Source: Macrostomum lignano (lineage: Eukaryota). From it: a DNA stretch of 64,000 nucleotides. Below, one piece after another: positions 19,200 through 30,999 of the stretch (positions within the stretch are counted from its first letter, which is position 1; each line of letters starts with the position of its first letter). A model generated the notes under the pieces. It had not been told where the DNA came from. It worked only from the letters and a program-made list of their open reading frames with translations, and did not search any database. The stretch spans positions 434,001-498,000 of the forward strand of contig NIVC01000061.1 in the NCBI GenBank assembly GCA_002269645.1, in the 5' to 3' direction. Both the position numbers and the translations under genes were made by a program.

Positions 19200-19855
19200 G
19201 GTCCATTACTGAAGGACAGGGGGTCAGCAGAGATCCATTACTGAAGGACAGGGGGGTCAGCAGAGATCCATTACTGAAGGACAGGGGGTCAGCAGAGATC
19301 CATTACTGAAAGAAAGGGGGGTCAGCAGACGTCCATTACTGAAGGAAAGGGGGGTCAACAGAGATCCATTACTGATAGACAGGGGGTCAGCACAGATCCA
19401 TCACTGAAAGAAAGGAGGGTCAGCAGACGTCCATTACTGAAAGAAAGGAGGGTCAGCAGACGTCATTACTGAAAGAAAGGGGGGTCAGCAGAGATTCATT
19501 ACTGAAGATAAGGGAGTCAGCAGAGATCCATCACTGAAAGAAAAGGGGGTCAGCAGAGATCCATCACTAAAAGAAAAGGGGGTCAACAGAGATTCATTAC
19601 TGAAGGACAGGGGGTCAGCAGAGGTCCATTGCTGAAGGAAAGGGGGGTCAGGAGAGATCCATTACTGAAGGACAGGGTGGTCAGCAGAGATCCATTACTG
19701 AAGGACAGGGTGGTCAGCAGAGATCCATTACTGAAGGACAGGGGGGTCAGCAGAGATCCATTACTGATAGAAAGGGGGGTCAGCAGAGATCCATTACTGA
19801 AGGACAAGGGGGTCAGCAGAGATCCATTACTGAAGGACAAGGGGGTCAGCACAGA
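19200..19855. repeat. 30-32-bp minisatellite (CCATTACTGAAGGACAGGGGGTCAGCAGAGAT)
   Basis: Direct reading. Confidence 0.95.
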
Positions 19856-20924
19856 TCCACATGCAATGATGGGCTCGGCACGCCTGTGTAGTATGAGACA
19901 GACCAGGCTTAAGAGTTAAGGTCTGCGATCCTACACACCTGCACCCCTCTATTCTGGTGCAGGAATGGTAAGGAGAACTCTCTCCAAGCTGAACTCTCGG
20001 TCTCTTTTCTTTTAACTGGCTGTTAAGTTTTGGCTTACGGCCCAGCAGTCTCCCGCCTTTAGTCCCCATCCGCCTTTCAGCGATTAATGGAGTATTCTGT
20101 TACTTCCAACGCGTCCCTTAATGCCTTAATCCCTTAATGAAGCGACAGGTGCCGCCGAAGCTCCTGGTGCGGCTGGCTCCTCCTGTGGCGGGAACTCTGC
20201 TTGTGTGGAAACTCCCACGGCCGCGGGGGGATCCAAAGCGGGGGGGGGGGGTGCCGGCCAATCCAAGTGGCAGCCGGCTCTGATTATTCAAGGGCAGGAG
20301 ACGCCCCTTTCGGCTGAACAGTCCAATTAAATCTGGCGCAGGCTGGACTCCCACCTGGTCAGGATGGCCCTGAGCGGTACTGTGCTCCAAGTCCTAAAGA
20401 CGAAGGTCGAGGACCTCCAGCCCGCCGATAGCCAGCCTATAGGGCAGCAGCTCCGCAAGACGGTTTTGCAATCCGTGAGGCATTAGAAGAAAACCTCAGT
20501 GGTTAGGAAATGCCAAAGAAAAGTGAAAATTTCTAACTCCAAACCAGGGCCTCAGCCTTAGGTTAGAAAAAGCAGACTATGTCCCAGATTCAGGCTAGTG
20601 CTTGTGCTTCCTCGTACCCGCGAGGGTGCGCGTCTATTGAAGTTTTTATTGAAAGGCATAAATTTCTAATAGCGAAGTGTGGGCGGAACCAGGGGAGAAC
20701 TGATTGGCAGAACTACGAGCAGTCAGTAGGATTGCTTTTTCTCAGTTTCTACCGGAGCTGACCATAGGGGCAGCTCAGGGAGGGGCAGCGCGAGGTACCA
20801 GGCATACGCAGGCCGCAATTACCCGGTAAAACTTCGATTTCTGCTTTTAGAGCCCACAACAGATTTTATAGTCAACCGAATCAAGGAGAGTTTGAACACA
20901 TGCACTGGCTCTGATATACTCACA

Positions 20925-21170
20925 TCAATCTGATCTCCCTGATTGCCAATCTAATCTCCCTGATCTCCAATCTAATCTCCCTGATCTTCAATCTGATCTC
21001 CCTGATTGCCAATCTAATCTCCCTAATCTCCAATCTAATCTCCCTGATCTTCAATCTAATCTCCCTGATCTTCAATCTAATCTCCCTGATCTTCAATCTA
21101 ATCTCCCTGATTTCCGATCTAATCTCCCTGATCTCCAATCTAATCTCCCAAATTGCCAATCTAATCTTCC
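20925..21170. repeat. 21-bp minisatellite (AATCTAATCTCCCTGATCTTC)
   Basis: Direct reading. Confidence 0.92.
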
Positions 21171-21512
21171 TCATTGCAACTGTTCGTTTTGAGAGATTCG
21201 TTTGTTATATAAAAATTAAAATGAAATTCGCGTCAGACATTTAACATCGCTAAATGCCTTTAAACGCGTTATAACAAATGTTATGAAGATGTTTGATAAG
21301 GCAGGTCCTGATGCTGAGCCAAGATCAAATGCAATCATTGATTATGTGATGAAAAATTCCTATTTTCGCAGTGTTTCCTGGGAAATTGGCCTCCAAAAAA
21401 TTACACGACCTTTGAGTTTTACGTCCTGTTATACTACAGAGGTCTTTGAGTGCCTAACTCACCAGCACCTGCGTCCTGTTATACTACAGAGGTCCTTGAG
21501 TGCCCAACTCAC

Positions 21513-21950
21513 CAGCAGCTGCGGCAGCTCCGCCAGGCCTCCCAGCAGCAGATTCTTCAGCCCGTGGTGCTCCATGTGCAGCCGGTATTCGTCCCAGCTG
21601 CGGGCCAGGTACGGGCAGAACAGGCAGGTGCGCTGCTGTTGCTGATGTTGCAGCAGATTCTGCTGAGTAGGCGAAGCCTTCAGCCAGCCTTGGAACACGG
21701 TGGCAACGCTGCTGGCACCACCTGGCAGTCCTTGGTGCGCCAGGCTGCAGTGCTCGGCAGCGAACTCGGCCGAGTTGGTCAGACGGTCGCACACGGTGCA
21801 GCGGTACAGAGCGAAGCAGCAGCCAGCAGATGGCGAGTGTCTCCAGGTGTAGTGCGCCTCCAGCCTGTCGATGTGGTGCGTCACAAACGGGCAGAGGGGG
21901 CACACCAGGGCCAGCACCCGTGCAGGGGCGATCTGCGGGAAGATGCCCAT
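21513..21950 (-). CDS. Exon encoding three C2H2-type zinc fingers (partial gene)
   Basis: CPLC...HYTWRH, YRCTVC...HCSLAH, CLFC...HMEHH. The GC-rich stretch starts at the ATG at 21950 and ends at a CTG|GTGAGT donor at 21513/21512. Downstream exons were not resolved. Confidence 0.7.
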
Positions 21951-22564
21951 GTCCGAGTTTCTCTCTACTATTCCCGCTTTTTTGCGAATGACCGGTCGGA
22001 TTAAAAGTGTCTTGTCCTGGGCCTTCCGTTCCTTTATAAATCTTGTCTTTGCTGTCTGATCGCGTGTTGCGTTCTCGCAAGTTGGTTGCAGCTTTAGTGG
22101 GTAAGTAAAAGCTAGTGGTATTAGTAGAATAGACTGGAGAAAAGCTGGGATGTTGTTGAGGCTTAAAAATGTAGCATTTGGTTGGTTGGCCCCGCTCCCC
22201 CCACTCTGTATGCCGGTCTTCAGTCTGGCTGGGTAGGCCTTGAAGTCGACTCGCTCACCAATAGGGCTTGGCAACCCCCCAATTAAACTGGAAGAAAAGA
22301 AGGGGTGGCAGAGAGGGGGGGAGGCCTATTTGATTGGCCAATAGGGGGGCTGAGGATCAGACTAGTGTCACCAATTTTATTGCCTGTCTGTCTGGTCTGG
22401 GCGGGCTTTCCAAGTTCCCCGATGCTTCTGCAGCGGGGTGTTAAGAATTGTCAACCAACAAACTGCTATAATCAGTGCAAAAAGTCAAAACAGAAAAGAG
22501 AATACTCATACTCGTACAGAAGATAGTCTGGCTAATTCTATAGCATAGCATTGTTCTAATGGTG

Positions 22565-22970
22565 TCTTCAGAGTGACCAGGAGGGGTAGCGGTGTCCTCA
22601 GAGTGACCAGAAAAAATATCGGTGTCTTTCGAGTGATTAAAAGGGATGTCCTCAGAGTGTCCAGGAGGTGTAACAATGTCCTCAGAGTGTCCAGGAGGTG
22701 TAGCAACGTCCTCAGAGTGACCAGCAGAAGTAGCGGTGTCTTTAGAGTGACCAGGAGGTGTAGCAACGTCCTCAGAGTGACCAGCAGAAGTAGCGGTGTC
22801 TTTAGAGTGACCAGGAGGTGTAGCAACGTCCTCAGAGTGACCAGCAGAAGTAGTGGTGTCTTCAGAGTGACCAGGAGGTGTAGCAACGTCCTCAGAGACC
22901 AGCAGAAGTAGTGGTGTCTTCAGAGTGACCAGTAGGGATAGTGGTGTCTTCAGAGTGACCAGCAGGGGTT
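22565..22970. repeat. 30-bp minisatellite with alternating variants (60-bp higher-order unit)
   Basis: CAGAGTGACCAGGAGG... units alternate with CAGAGTGACCAGCAGA... units. Confidence 0.9.
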
Positions 22971-23374
22971 AGCGGTCGCACTGTATTGCCCGGCATATGA
23001 CTCAGTGACATACATTCCGAACCGAGTCCACCCTACTAAAAATGCTTCAACAAAAAATTAGCGGCGAAGTCTCATCCAAGTTTCAAAACTGACAAGCACA
23101 AAAATATTTGGCAAATTGTCACGAACTGGCAGGGAACTTTGAGAACTATCTCTAGCTGAGTAAAGCAAGGATTGAAAACTTTACCACTTGGCTTTTAAAC
23201 AGGGGAATTTGCTTGCGGTGTTGGAATGAAATCCGTCTTATCTTTGTTGTCGGGTGCGTGTTAGCGTTTAGCATTAGAGCCGTTTGCATTATCTCATACA
23301 CGCTTTGTGTGAATGTGATAGCTTAAATCTTCAGCATTGTGCTACATTGACGCTGACTGCCAGGTACGTAGCTT

Positions 23375-25665
23375 AGTGAGCAACCCTCACCAGCTCCCTT
23401 CCCGATCCTACAGTGAGCAACCCTCACCAGTTCCCTTCCCGATCCTACAGTGAGCAACCCTCACCAGTTCCCTTCCCGATCCTTCAGTGAGCAACCCTCA
23501 CCAGCTCCCTTCCCGATCCTTCAGTGAGCAACTCCCTTCCCGATCCTTCAGTGAGCAACTCCCTCACCAGTTCCCTTCCCGATCCTTCAGTGAGCAACCC
23601 TCACCAGCTCCCTTCCCGATCCTTCAGTGAGCAACCCTCACCAGCTCCCTTCCCGATCCTTCGGTGAGCAACCCTCACCAGTTCCCTTCCCGATCCTTCA
23701 GTGAGCAACTCCCTTCCCGATCCTTCAGTGAGCAACCCTCACCAGTTCCCTTCCCGATCCTTCAGTGAGCAACCCTCACCAGTTCCCTTCCCGATCCTTC
23801 AGTGAGCAACTCCCTCACCAGTTCCCTTCCCGATCCTTCAGTGAGCAACCCTCACCAGTTCCCTTCCCGATCCTTCAGTGAGCAACTACCTTCCCGATCC
23901 TTCAGTGAGCAACCCTCACCAGTTCCCTTCCCGATCCTTCAGTGAGCAACCCTCACCAGCTCCCTTCCCGATCCTTCAGTGAGCAACCCTCACCAGCTCC
24001 CTTCCCGATCCTTCAGTGAGCAACTCCCTTCCCGATCCTTCAGTGAGCAACCCTCACCAGTTCCCTTCCCGATCCTTCAGTGAGCAACTCCCTTCCCGAT
24101 CCTTCAGTGAGCAACCCTCACCAGCTCCCTTCCCGATCCTTCAGTGAGCAACCCTCACCAGCTCCCTTCCCGATCCTTCAGTGAGCAACCCTCACCAGTT
24201 CCCTTCCCGATCCTTCAGTGAGCATCTCCCTTCCCGATCCTTCAGTGAGCAGCTCCCTTCCCGATCATTCAGTGAGCAACTCCTTTCCCGATCCTTCAGT
24301 GAGCAGCTCCCTTCCCGATCCTTCAGTGAGCAGCTCCTTTCCCGATCCTTCAGTGAGCAGCTCCCTTCCCGATCCTTCAGTGAGCAGCTCCCTTCCCGAT
24401 CCTTCAGTGAGCAGCTCCCTTCCCGATCCTTCAGTGAGCAGCTCCCTTCCCGATCCTTCAGTGAGCAGCTCCCTTCCCGATCCTTCAGTGAGCAGCTCCC
24501 TTCCCGATCCTTCAGTGAGCAGCTCCCTTCCCGATCCTTCAGTGAGCAGCTCCCTTCCCGATCCTTCAGTGAGCAGCTCCCTTCCCGATCCTTCAGTGAG
24601 CAGCTCCTTTCCCGATCCTTCAGTGAGCAACTCCCTTCCCGATCCTTCAGTGAGCAACTCCCTTCCCGATCCTTCAGTGAGCAACTCCCTTCCCGATCCT
24701 TCTCAGTGAGCATCCCTCACCAGCTCCCTTCCCGATCCTTCAGTGAGCATCCCTCACCAGCCCTTCCCGATCCTTCACTGAGCAACTCCCTTCCCGATCC
24801 TTCAGTGAGCATCCCTCACCAGCTCCCTTCCCGATCCTTCAGTGAGCATCCCTCAGCAGCCCTTCCCGATCCTTCACTGAGCAACTCCCTTCCCGATCCT
24901 TCAGTGAGCAACTCCCTTCCCGATCCTTCAGTGAGCAGCTCCCTTCCCGATCCTTCAGTGAGCAGCTCCCTTCCCGATCCTTCAGTGAGCAACTCCCTTC
25001 CCGATCCTTCAGTGAGCAGCTCCCTTCCCGATCCTTCAGTGAGCAGCTCCCTTCCCGATCCTTCAGTGAGCAGCTCCCTTCCCGATCCTTCAGTGAGCAA
25101 CTCCCTTCCCGATCCTTCAGTGAGCAACCCTCACCAGTTCCCTTCCCGATCCTTCAGTGAGCAACCCTCACCAGCCCTTCCCGATCCTTCACTGAGCAAC
25201 TCCCTTCCCGATCCTTCACTGAGCAACTCCTTTCCCGATCCTTCAGTGAGCAGCTCCCTTCCCGATCCTTCAGTGAGCAGCTCCCTTCCCGATCCTTCAG
25301 TGAGCAGCTCCCTTCCCGATCCTTCAGTGAGCGGCTCCCTTCCCGATCCTTCAGTGAGCAGCTCCCTTCCCGATCCTTCAGTGAGCAGCTCCCTTCCCGA
25401 TCCTTCAGTGAGCGGCTCCCTTCCCGATCCTTCAGTGAGCAGCTCCCTTCCCGATCCTTCAGTGAGCAACTCCCTTCCCGATCCTTCAGTGAGCAACTCC
25501 CTTCCCGATCCTTCAGTGAGCAACTCCCTTCCCGATCCTTCAGTGAGCGGCTCCCTTCCCGATCCTTCAGTGAGCAACTCCCTTCCCGATCCTTCAGTGA
25601 GCAACTCCCTTCCCGATCCTTCAGTGAGCAGCTCCCTTCCCGATCCTTCAGTGAGCAACTCCCTC
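23375..25665 (+). repeat. Left arm: 27/37-bp minisatellite (CTCCCTTCCCGATCCTTCAGTGAGCAA +/- CCCTCACCAG)
   Basis: Direct reading. Confidence 0.97.
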
Positions 25666-26342
25666 AACAGCTTCCTTACCAATGCCTCAGTGGCAATGAA
25701 AACTGTCGAAAAAGACAGGATCCGACAAGCCATGCAGAGGGTCTCCAGTGACTCGCCGCGGACCACCCCATAGAGTTATTGTTTCAGTTCAAAAAGGTTA
25801 CCCACAGAGTCCCAGATTGCTGACTTTGGCTGCGATTTGGTTTCCAAGCTGCCCTCTGCCCCAGAGGGATTCTTGCCTACCGCAGCCACTCCTTCGGGGA
25901 TGCGGCGATAAAATTGCAACAATCGCCTGCACAGTGTGGCCCAGCCTCCTGAGCGATGGAGAGAGGGAGAGAGCGGTCGGACAGAGATAGACAGGACACG
26001 CACGCGGCTCTTCGTTGAATCAAGGTAAAAAGAGGCCCAGAAATTCCAGGCGAGAATTATCAATAGCTGCAATTTTCTCTAGTTCTGACATTAGAAAGCT
26101 GATGATAGCCAAGGTATGTCAGCTAGAAGTTGCGGCACTGAATAAGAAGGCTCGCTAGCTTGCTGCCATGCGGTCGGTCTGGGACCGCGGAGCTCTGATA
26201 TAGCACAGACAAATTGGAATGGCAGGCGGAAGTGCCTCAATCAGCTGCCGGCAGATGGCAGGAGGCCCAGCGCGATTGATTGGTGCTTGGGGAGTGCAAG
26301 ACTGCTTCCCAGACTCTGTGGTTGTGGGATCTCTATTAGAAA

Positions 26343-27690
26343 TATCTGTCTGGAGTTGCTCACTGAAGGATCGGGAAGGGAGCTGCTCACTGAAGGATCG
26401 GAAAGGGAGCTGGTGAGGGTTGCTCACTGAAGGATCGGAAAGGGAGCTGGTGAGGGTTGCTCACTGAAGGATCGGAAAGGGAGCTGGTGAGGGTTGCTCA
26501 CTGAAGGATCGGGAAGGGAGTTGCTCACTGAAGGATCGAGAAGGGAGTTGCTCACTGAAGGATCGGGAAGGGAGCTGGTCGGGGTTGCTCACTGAAGGAT
26601 CGGGAAGGGAGCTGGTGAGGGTTGCTCACTGAAGGATCGGGAAGGGAGCTGGTGAGGGTTGCTCACTGAAGGTTCGGGAAGGGAGTTGCTCTCTGAAGGA
26701 TCGGGAAGGGAGCTGGTGAGGGTTGCTCACTGAAGGTTCGGGAAGGGAGTTGCTCACTGAAGGATCGAGAAGGGAGTTGCTCACTGAAGGATCGGGAAGG
26801 GAGCTGGTGAGGGTTGCTCACTGAAGGATCGGAAAGGGAACTGGTGAGGGTTGCTCACTGAAGGTTCGGGAAGGGAGTTGCTCTCTGAAGGATCGGGAAG
26901 GGAGCTGGTGAGGGTTGCTCACTGAAGGATCGGGAAGGGAGCTGGTGAGGGTTGCTCACTGAAGGTTCGGGAAGGGAGTTGCTCACTGAAGGATCGAGAG
27001 GGGAGTTGCTCACTGAAGGATCGGGAAGGGAGCTGGTGAGGGTTGCTCACTGAAGGATCGGGAAGGGAGCTGGTGAGGGTTGCTCACTGAAGGTTCGGGA
27101 AGGGAGTTGCTCTCTGAAGGATCGGGAAGGGAGCTGGTGAGGGTTGCTCACTGAAGGATCGGGAAGGGAGCTGGTGAGGGTTGCTCACTGAAGGTTCGGG
27201 AAGGGAGTTGCTCACTGAAGGATCGGGAAGGGAGTTGCTCATTGAAGGATCGGGAAGGGAGTTGCTCACTGAAGGATCGGGAAGGGAGTTGCTCACTGAA
27301 GGATCGGGAAGGGAGTTGCTCACTGAAGGATCGGGAAGGGAGCTTCTCATTGAAGGATCGGGAAGGGAGTTGCTCACTGAAGGATCGGGAAGGGAGTTGC
27401 TCATTGAAGGATCGGGAAGGGAGTTGCTCACTGAAGGATCGGGAAGGGAGTTGCTCACTGAAGGATCGGGAAGGGAGTTGCTCACTGAAGGATCGGGAAG
27501 GGAGCTTCTCATTGAAGGATCGGGAAGGGAGTTGCTCACTGAAGGATCGGAAGGGAGTTGCTCACTGAAGGATCGGGAAAGGAGTTGCTCACTGAAGGAT
27601 CGGGAAGGGAGTTGCTCACTGAAGGATCGGGAAGGGAGCTGCTCACTGAAGGATCGGGAAGGGAGCTGCTGGGTTGCTCACTGTAGGGAA
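26343..27690 (-). repeat. Right arm: the same 27/37-bp minisatellite in inverted orientation
   Basis: Units read TTGCTCACTGAAGGATCGGGAAGGGAG, the reverse complement of the left arm. Confidence 0.97.
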
Positions 27691-28104
27691 GGGATTTGGT
27701 GAGAATTTCTCCGTCTCACTGAAGGACTGGAGTCTGCCCCTTGCCGCAGGTGGCCTGACAAGAGCACAGCAGAGAATTAAGATGCGCAAACAAATTTTGA
27801 AATGGAGAAAATGACGGTGCGAGGCGGCGGCAATTTTGTTTTTTTCTTTCAAAAGACGACTCGGCCGGCAGCTGCGGCGCCGTGCCGCCAGCCTATCTGA
27901 GAACGATTCTTTTTGGACATGACGAGCGGAATTTGGAAGGCTTCAAAGACAGAAAAAAAATTATTCCTCGTCTCTTGGGCGGCTTTTAGCGGCCATTTTG
28001 CAGGTGTTTTTGCCTGCATCAAAGCAGCTGCATGAAATTTTTTTGCTGCAATGGCGTCAATAAAGCCAGGTCGAGGTGGAAGACAAATTGCCTAGAAATC
28101 ATCG

Positions 28105-29000
28105 CCCCCTCACTGCAGAACCGTCACCCCCTCACTACAGAACCGTCACCCCCCTCACTGCAGAACCGTCACCCCCCTCACTGCAGAACCGTCACCCCCC
28201 TCACTGCAGAACCGTCACCCCCGTCACTGCAGAACCGTCTCCCCTCACTGCAGAACCGTCACCTCCCTCACTGCAGAACCGTCACCCCCCTCACTGCAGA
28301 ACCGTCACCCCCTCACTGCCGAACCGTCACCCCCTCACTGCAGAACCGTCACCCCCCTCACTGCAGAACCGTCACCCCCCTCACTGCAGAACCGTCACTC
28401 CTCACTGCAGAACCGTCTCCCCTCACTGCAGAACCGTCTCCCCTCACTGCAGAACCGTCACCCCCTCACTGCAGAACCGTCACCCCCCTCACTGCAGAAC
28501 CGTCTCCCCTCACTGCAGAACCGTCACCCCCTCACTGCAGAACCGTCACCCCCTCACTGCAGAACCGTCACCCCCCTCACTGCAGAACCGTCACCCCCTC
28601 ACTGCAGAACCGTCACCCCCTCACTGCAGAACCGTCACCCCCTCACTGCAGAACCGTCACCCCCTCACTGCAAAATCGTCACCCCCTTACTGCAGAATCG
28701 TCACCCCCTCACTGCAGAATCGTCACCCCCTCACTGCAGAATTGTCACCCCCTTACTGCAGAATCGTCACCCCCTCACTGCAGAATCGTCACCCCCTTAC
28801 TGCAGAATCGTCACACCCTCACTGCAGAACCGTCACCCCTCTCACTGCAAAACCGTCACCCCCTCACTGCAGAACCGTCACCCCTCTCACTGCAGAACCG
28901 TCACCCCCTTACTGCAGAACCGTCACCCCTCTCACTGCAGAACCGTCACCCCCCTCACTGCAGAACCGTCTCCCCTCACTGCAGAACCGTCACCCCCTCG
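28105..29000. repeat. 21-23-bp minisatellite (CACTGCAGAACCGTCACCCCCT)
   Basis: Direct reading. Confidence 0.95.
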
Positions 29001-29699
29001 GGCAATCGAAACCGAACTTGGTCTTGACACGAGATGCTCACCAACGAGTACAAGGGGCCAACACCCATGGCACAGCCGAGGGATTGCCAATACAGACTCT
29101 AAATCGATCTTTTTAAGTTTTTGGAAATAATAAAAATTTGACTGACTGACTGACTGAGATGAGAGTGAAATTTCTTACAGCACTGAGCTGCTCAGACTGC
29201 TCCAGCTGGATTGATGCCTCCAAGTGGGTGCCACGGTGGGGACTTGAGGCCTTGAGGGGAAGTGAGGGGAGAGAAAGGGAACTGGGGTGGGGGCGCAGCC
29301 GCAAAACTGGCCACAAATGATTCTCTCCTCAAAACCGCTCCCTGCTCGCCCCAACCCCCCTCAAATGCAATCGCGGGCAATTTATCAACACACTCGCCGC
29401 TGACTGACACGTGCCTGTCAATCCAGTCCTCCGGCTGTCCAAGCTCAGAGCTGCTTGAGGCCGCGTGCACCTCAATACAGACACTAAACTCTGTACTGCA
29501 GTTGCTAAGCTGCCGCTATTCTCGAGTGCGCAGGGCGAATTCTCCCAAATCCAACACGTGAGAATCTCCTTTTTGCTAGAGACAATCTCATCCTTGAGAG
29601 TCATTCTATTCTTTCTTTCCATTGCATCTACGGGCGCAATCATAGCAATCTCACTAGTCATAATCTTATCCAATCTGTGATACTCTCAATTGGAAATGA

Positions 29700-30080
29700 C
29701 TTATTATCACTGGGGATAATCTCACTGGTGATAATCTCTCACTGGGGATACTCACTGAGGAAAATCTCTCACTGGGGATAACATCACTGGGGATAATCTC
29801 ACTGGGGATAACATCACTGGGGATAATCTCTCACTGGGGATAATCTCACTGGGGATAACATCACTGGGGATAATCTCACTGGGGATAACATCATTGGGGA
29901 TAATTTCTCACTGGGGATAACCTCACTGAGGATAATCTCTCACTGGGGATAACCTCACTGGGGATAATCTCAATGAAGATAACCTCTCACAGGAGATCTC
30001 ACTGGGGATAATCTCACTGGGGATAACATCACTGAGGATAATCTCACTGGGATAACATCACTGGAGACAATCTCACTGAC
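29700..30080. repeat. 15-17-bp minisatellite (CTCACTGGGGATAAT)
   Basis: Direct reading. Confidence 0.92.
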
Positions 30081-30999
30081 GAAAACGTACTTAATCAGGG
30101 CTTCTCCTATGCAGATCCCTAAAATGATTTTATAACTGATAGACTTCCAACCCAAAAAGGCCCTCAAAAGCAGATGGCGCAGCTCACGTCCCCATCGCAT
30201 CTATCAAAGCCACGCAGCTGACACTGCGAAGCCGATTGATAACTCACCCTTTCTGCACTCCCCAACCAGTCCTGGGATTGATTGATGCGTCCTCTGTGAG
30301 ATCAAGAAGCGCCTGCGTCGCCACCGATGAAATTGGCGTGGGCTCCTCAGCTGGGGCGCCTCTCTGCCCCCCCCCCCAATTTGCACCGGGGATGCGCGTA
30401 CGTGTCTGCAGTTTTAAAATTAACAAACTCGTCGTACAGTCTTACGGAGTCCAAAGCGAGAAAAAATCTCAGAGAGAGAGAGAGGGAATAGCCAGAGAAA
30501 AACATCATTCCACTCATCCTGCACTCACCTATAGAACCGATGGAGCCGATTTCGCAGAAAAGCAGTCAGGCAGAGGCGGCTAAAGTGTTTCCCCGAAGCA
30601 GCACATCAAAGGCCGCGACGCCGGGCCCGTAGTTCGGCGTGTTTGTTAGGCGATAAGATAGGGACTTAGCTGTGATGGCTAGTCTGGGGCTTAGAGGCAT
30701 CGCGCTGATTTTTTTAATGCAATATTCACTCCCACATGGGCGATATTGCAATCAAAATCTAAACACTGGTCGGCACTCTGGGGCTCAACTGAGTTGAAGA
30801 CAAATTGAGTCCCCCCGTCACCCTGACTGCTGTTGGGGGCTCCGAGCTGCATTTGCCACTTTTTTCACCGGCTGCCTTTGAAGTTTCAGGCCTTACAATT
30901 GCGAGATAAGCGTTGAGGATTTGGGAATTTTGCTTCAGCCCTTACCTTGAGCTAAACATGACTTGAGTGATGTGGCCCCAGTAATCACTGAATGAGATC

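Noticed and set aside
18671-21513. Direct splice of the zinc-finger exon onto the homeobox exon
   Set aside because: The phase-0 donor meets an immediate TAA at the TTTCAG acceptor and a wrong frame at the AACCCAG and AATTCAG acceptors. Only an unseen intermediate exon could fuse them.
25800-25850. IADFGC kinase-like motif in the foldback spacer
   Set aside because: There is no in-frame HRD, VAIK or APE context, and the frame closes soon after.
25666-26342. Transposase in the foldback spacer
   Set aside because: Only short ORFs, with no DDE or other recognisable motif.
24181-29116. Long ORFs (530, 346, 331, 211 aa etc.) over the 27-bp and 22-bp arrays
   Set aside because: They are translations of stop-free tandem repeats, open in several frames and on both strands, with no domain content.
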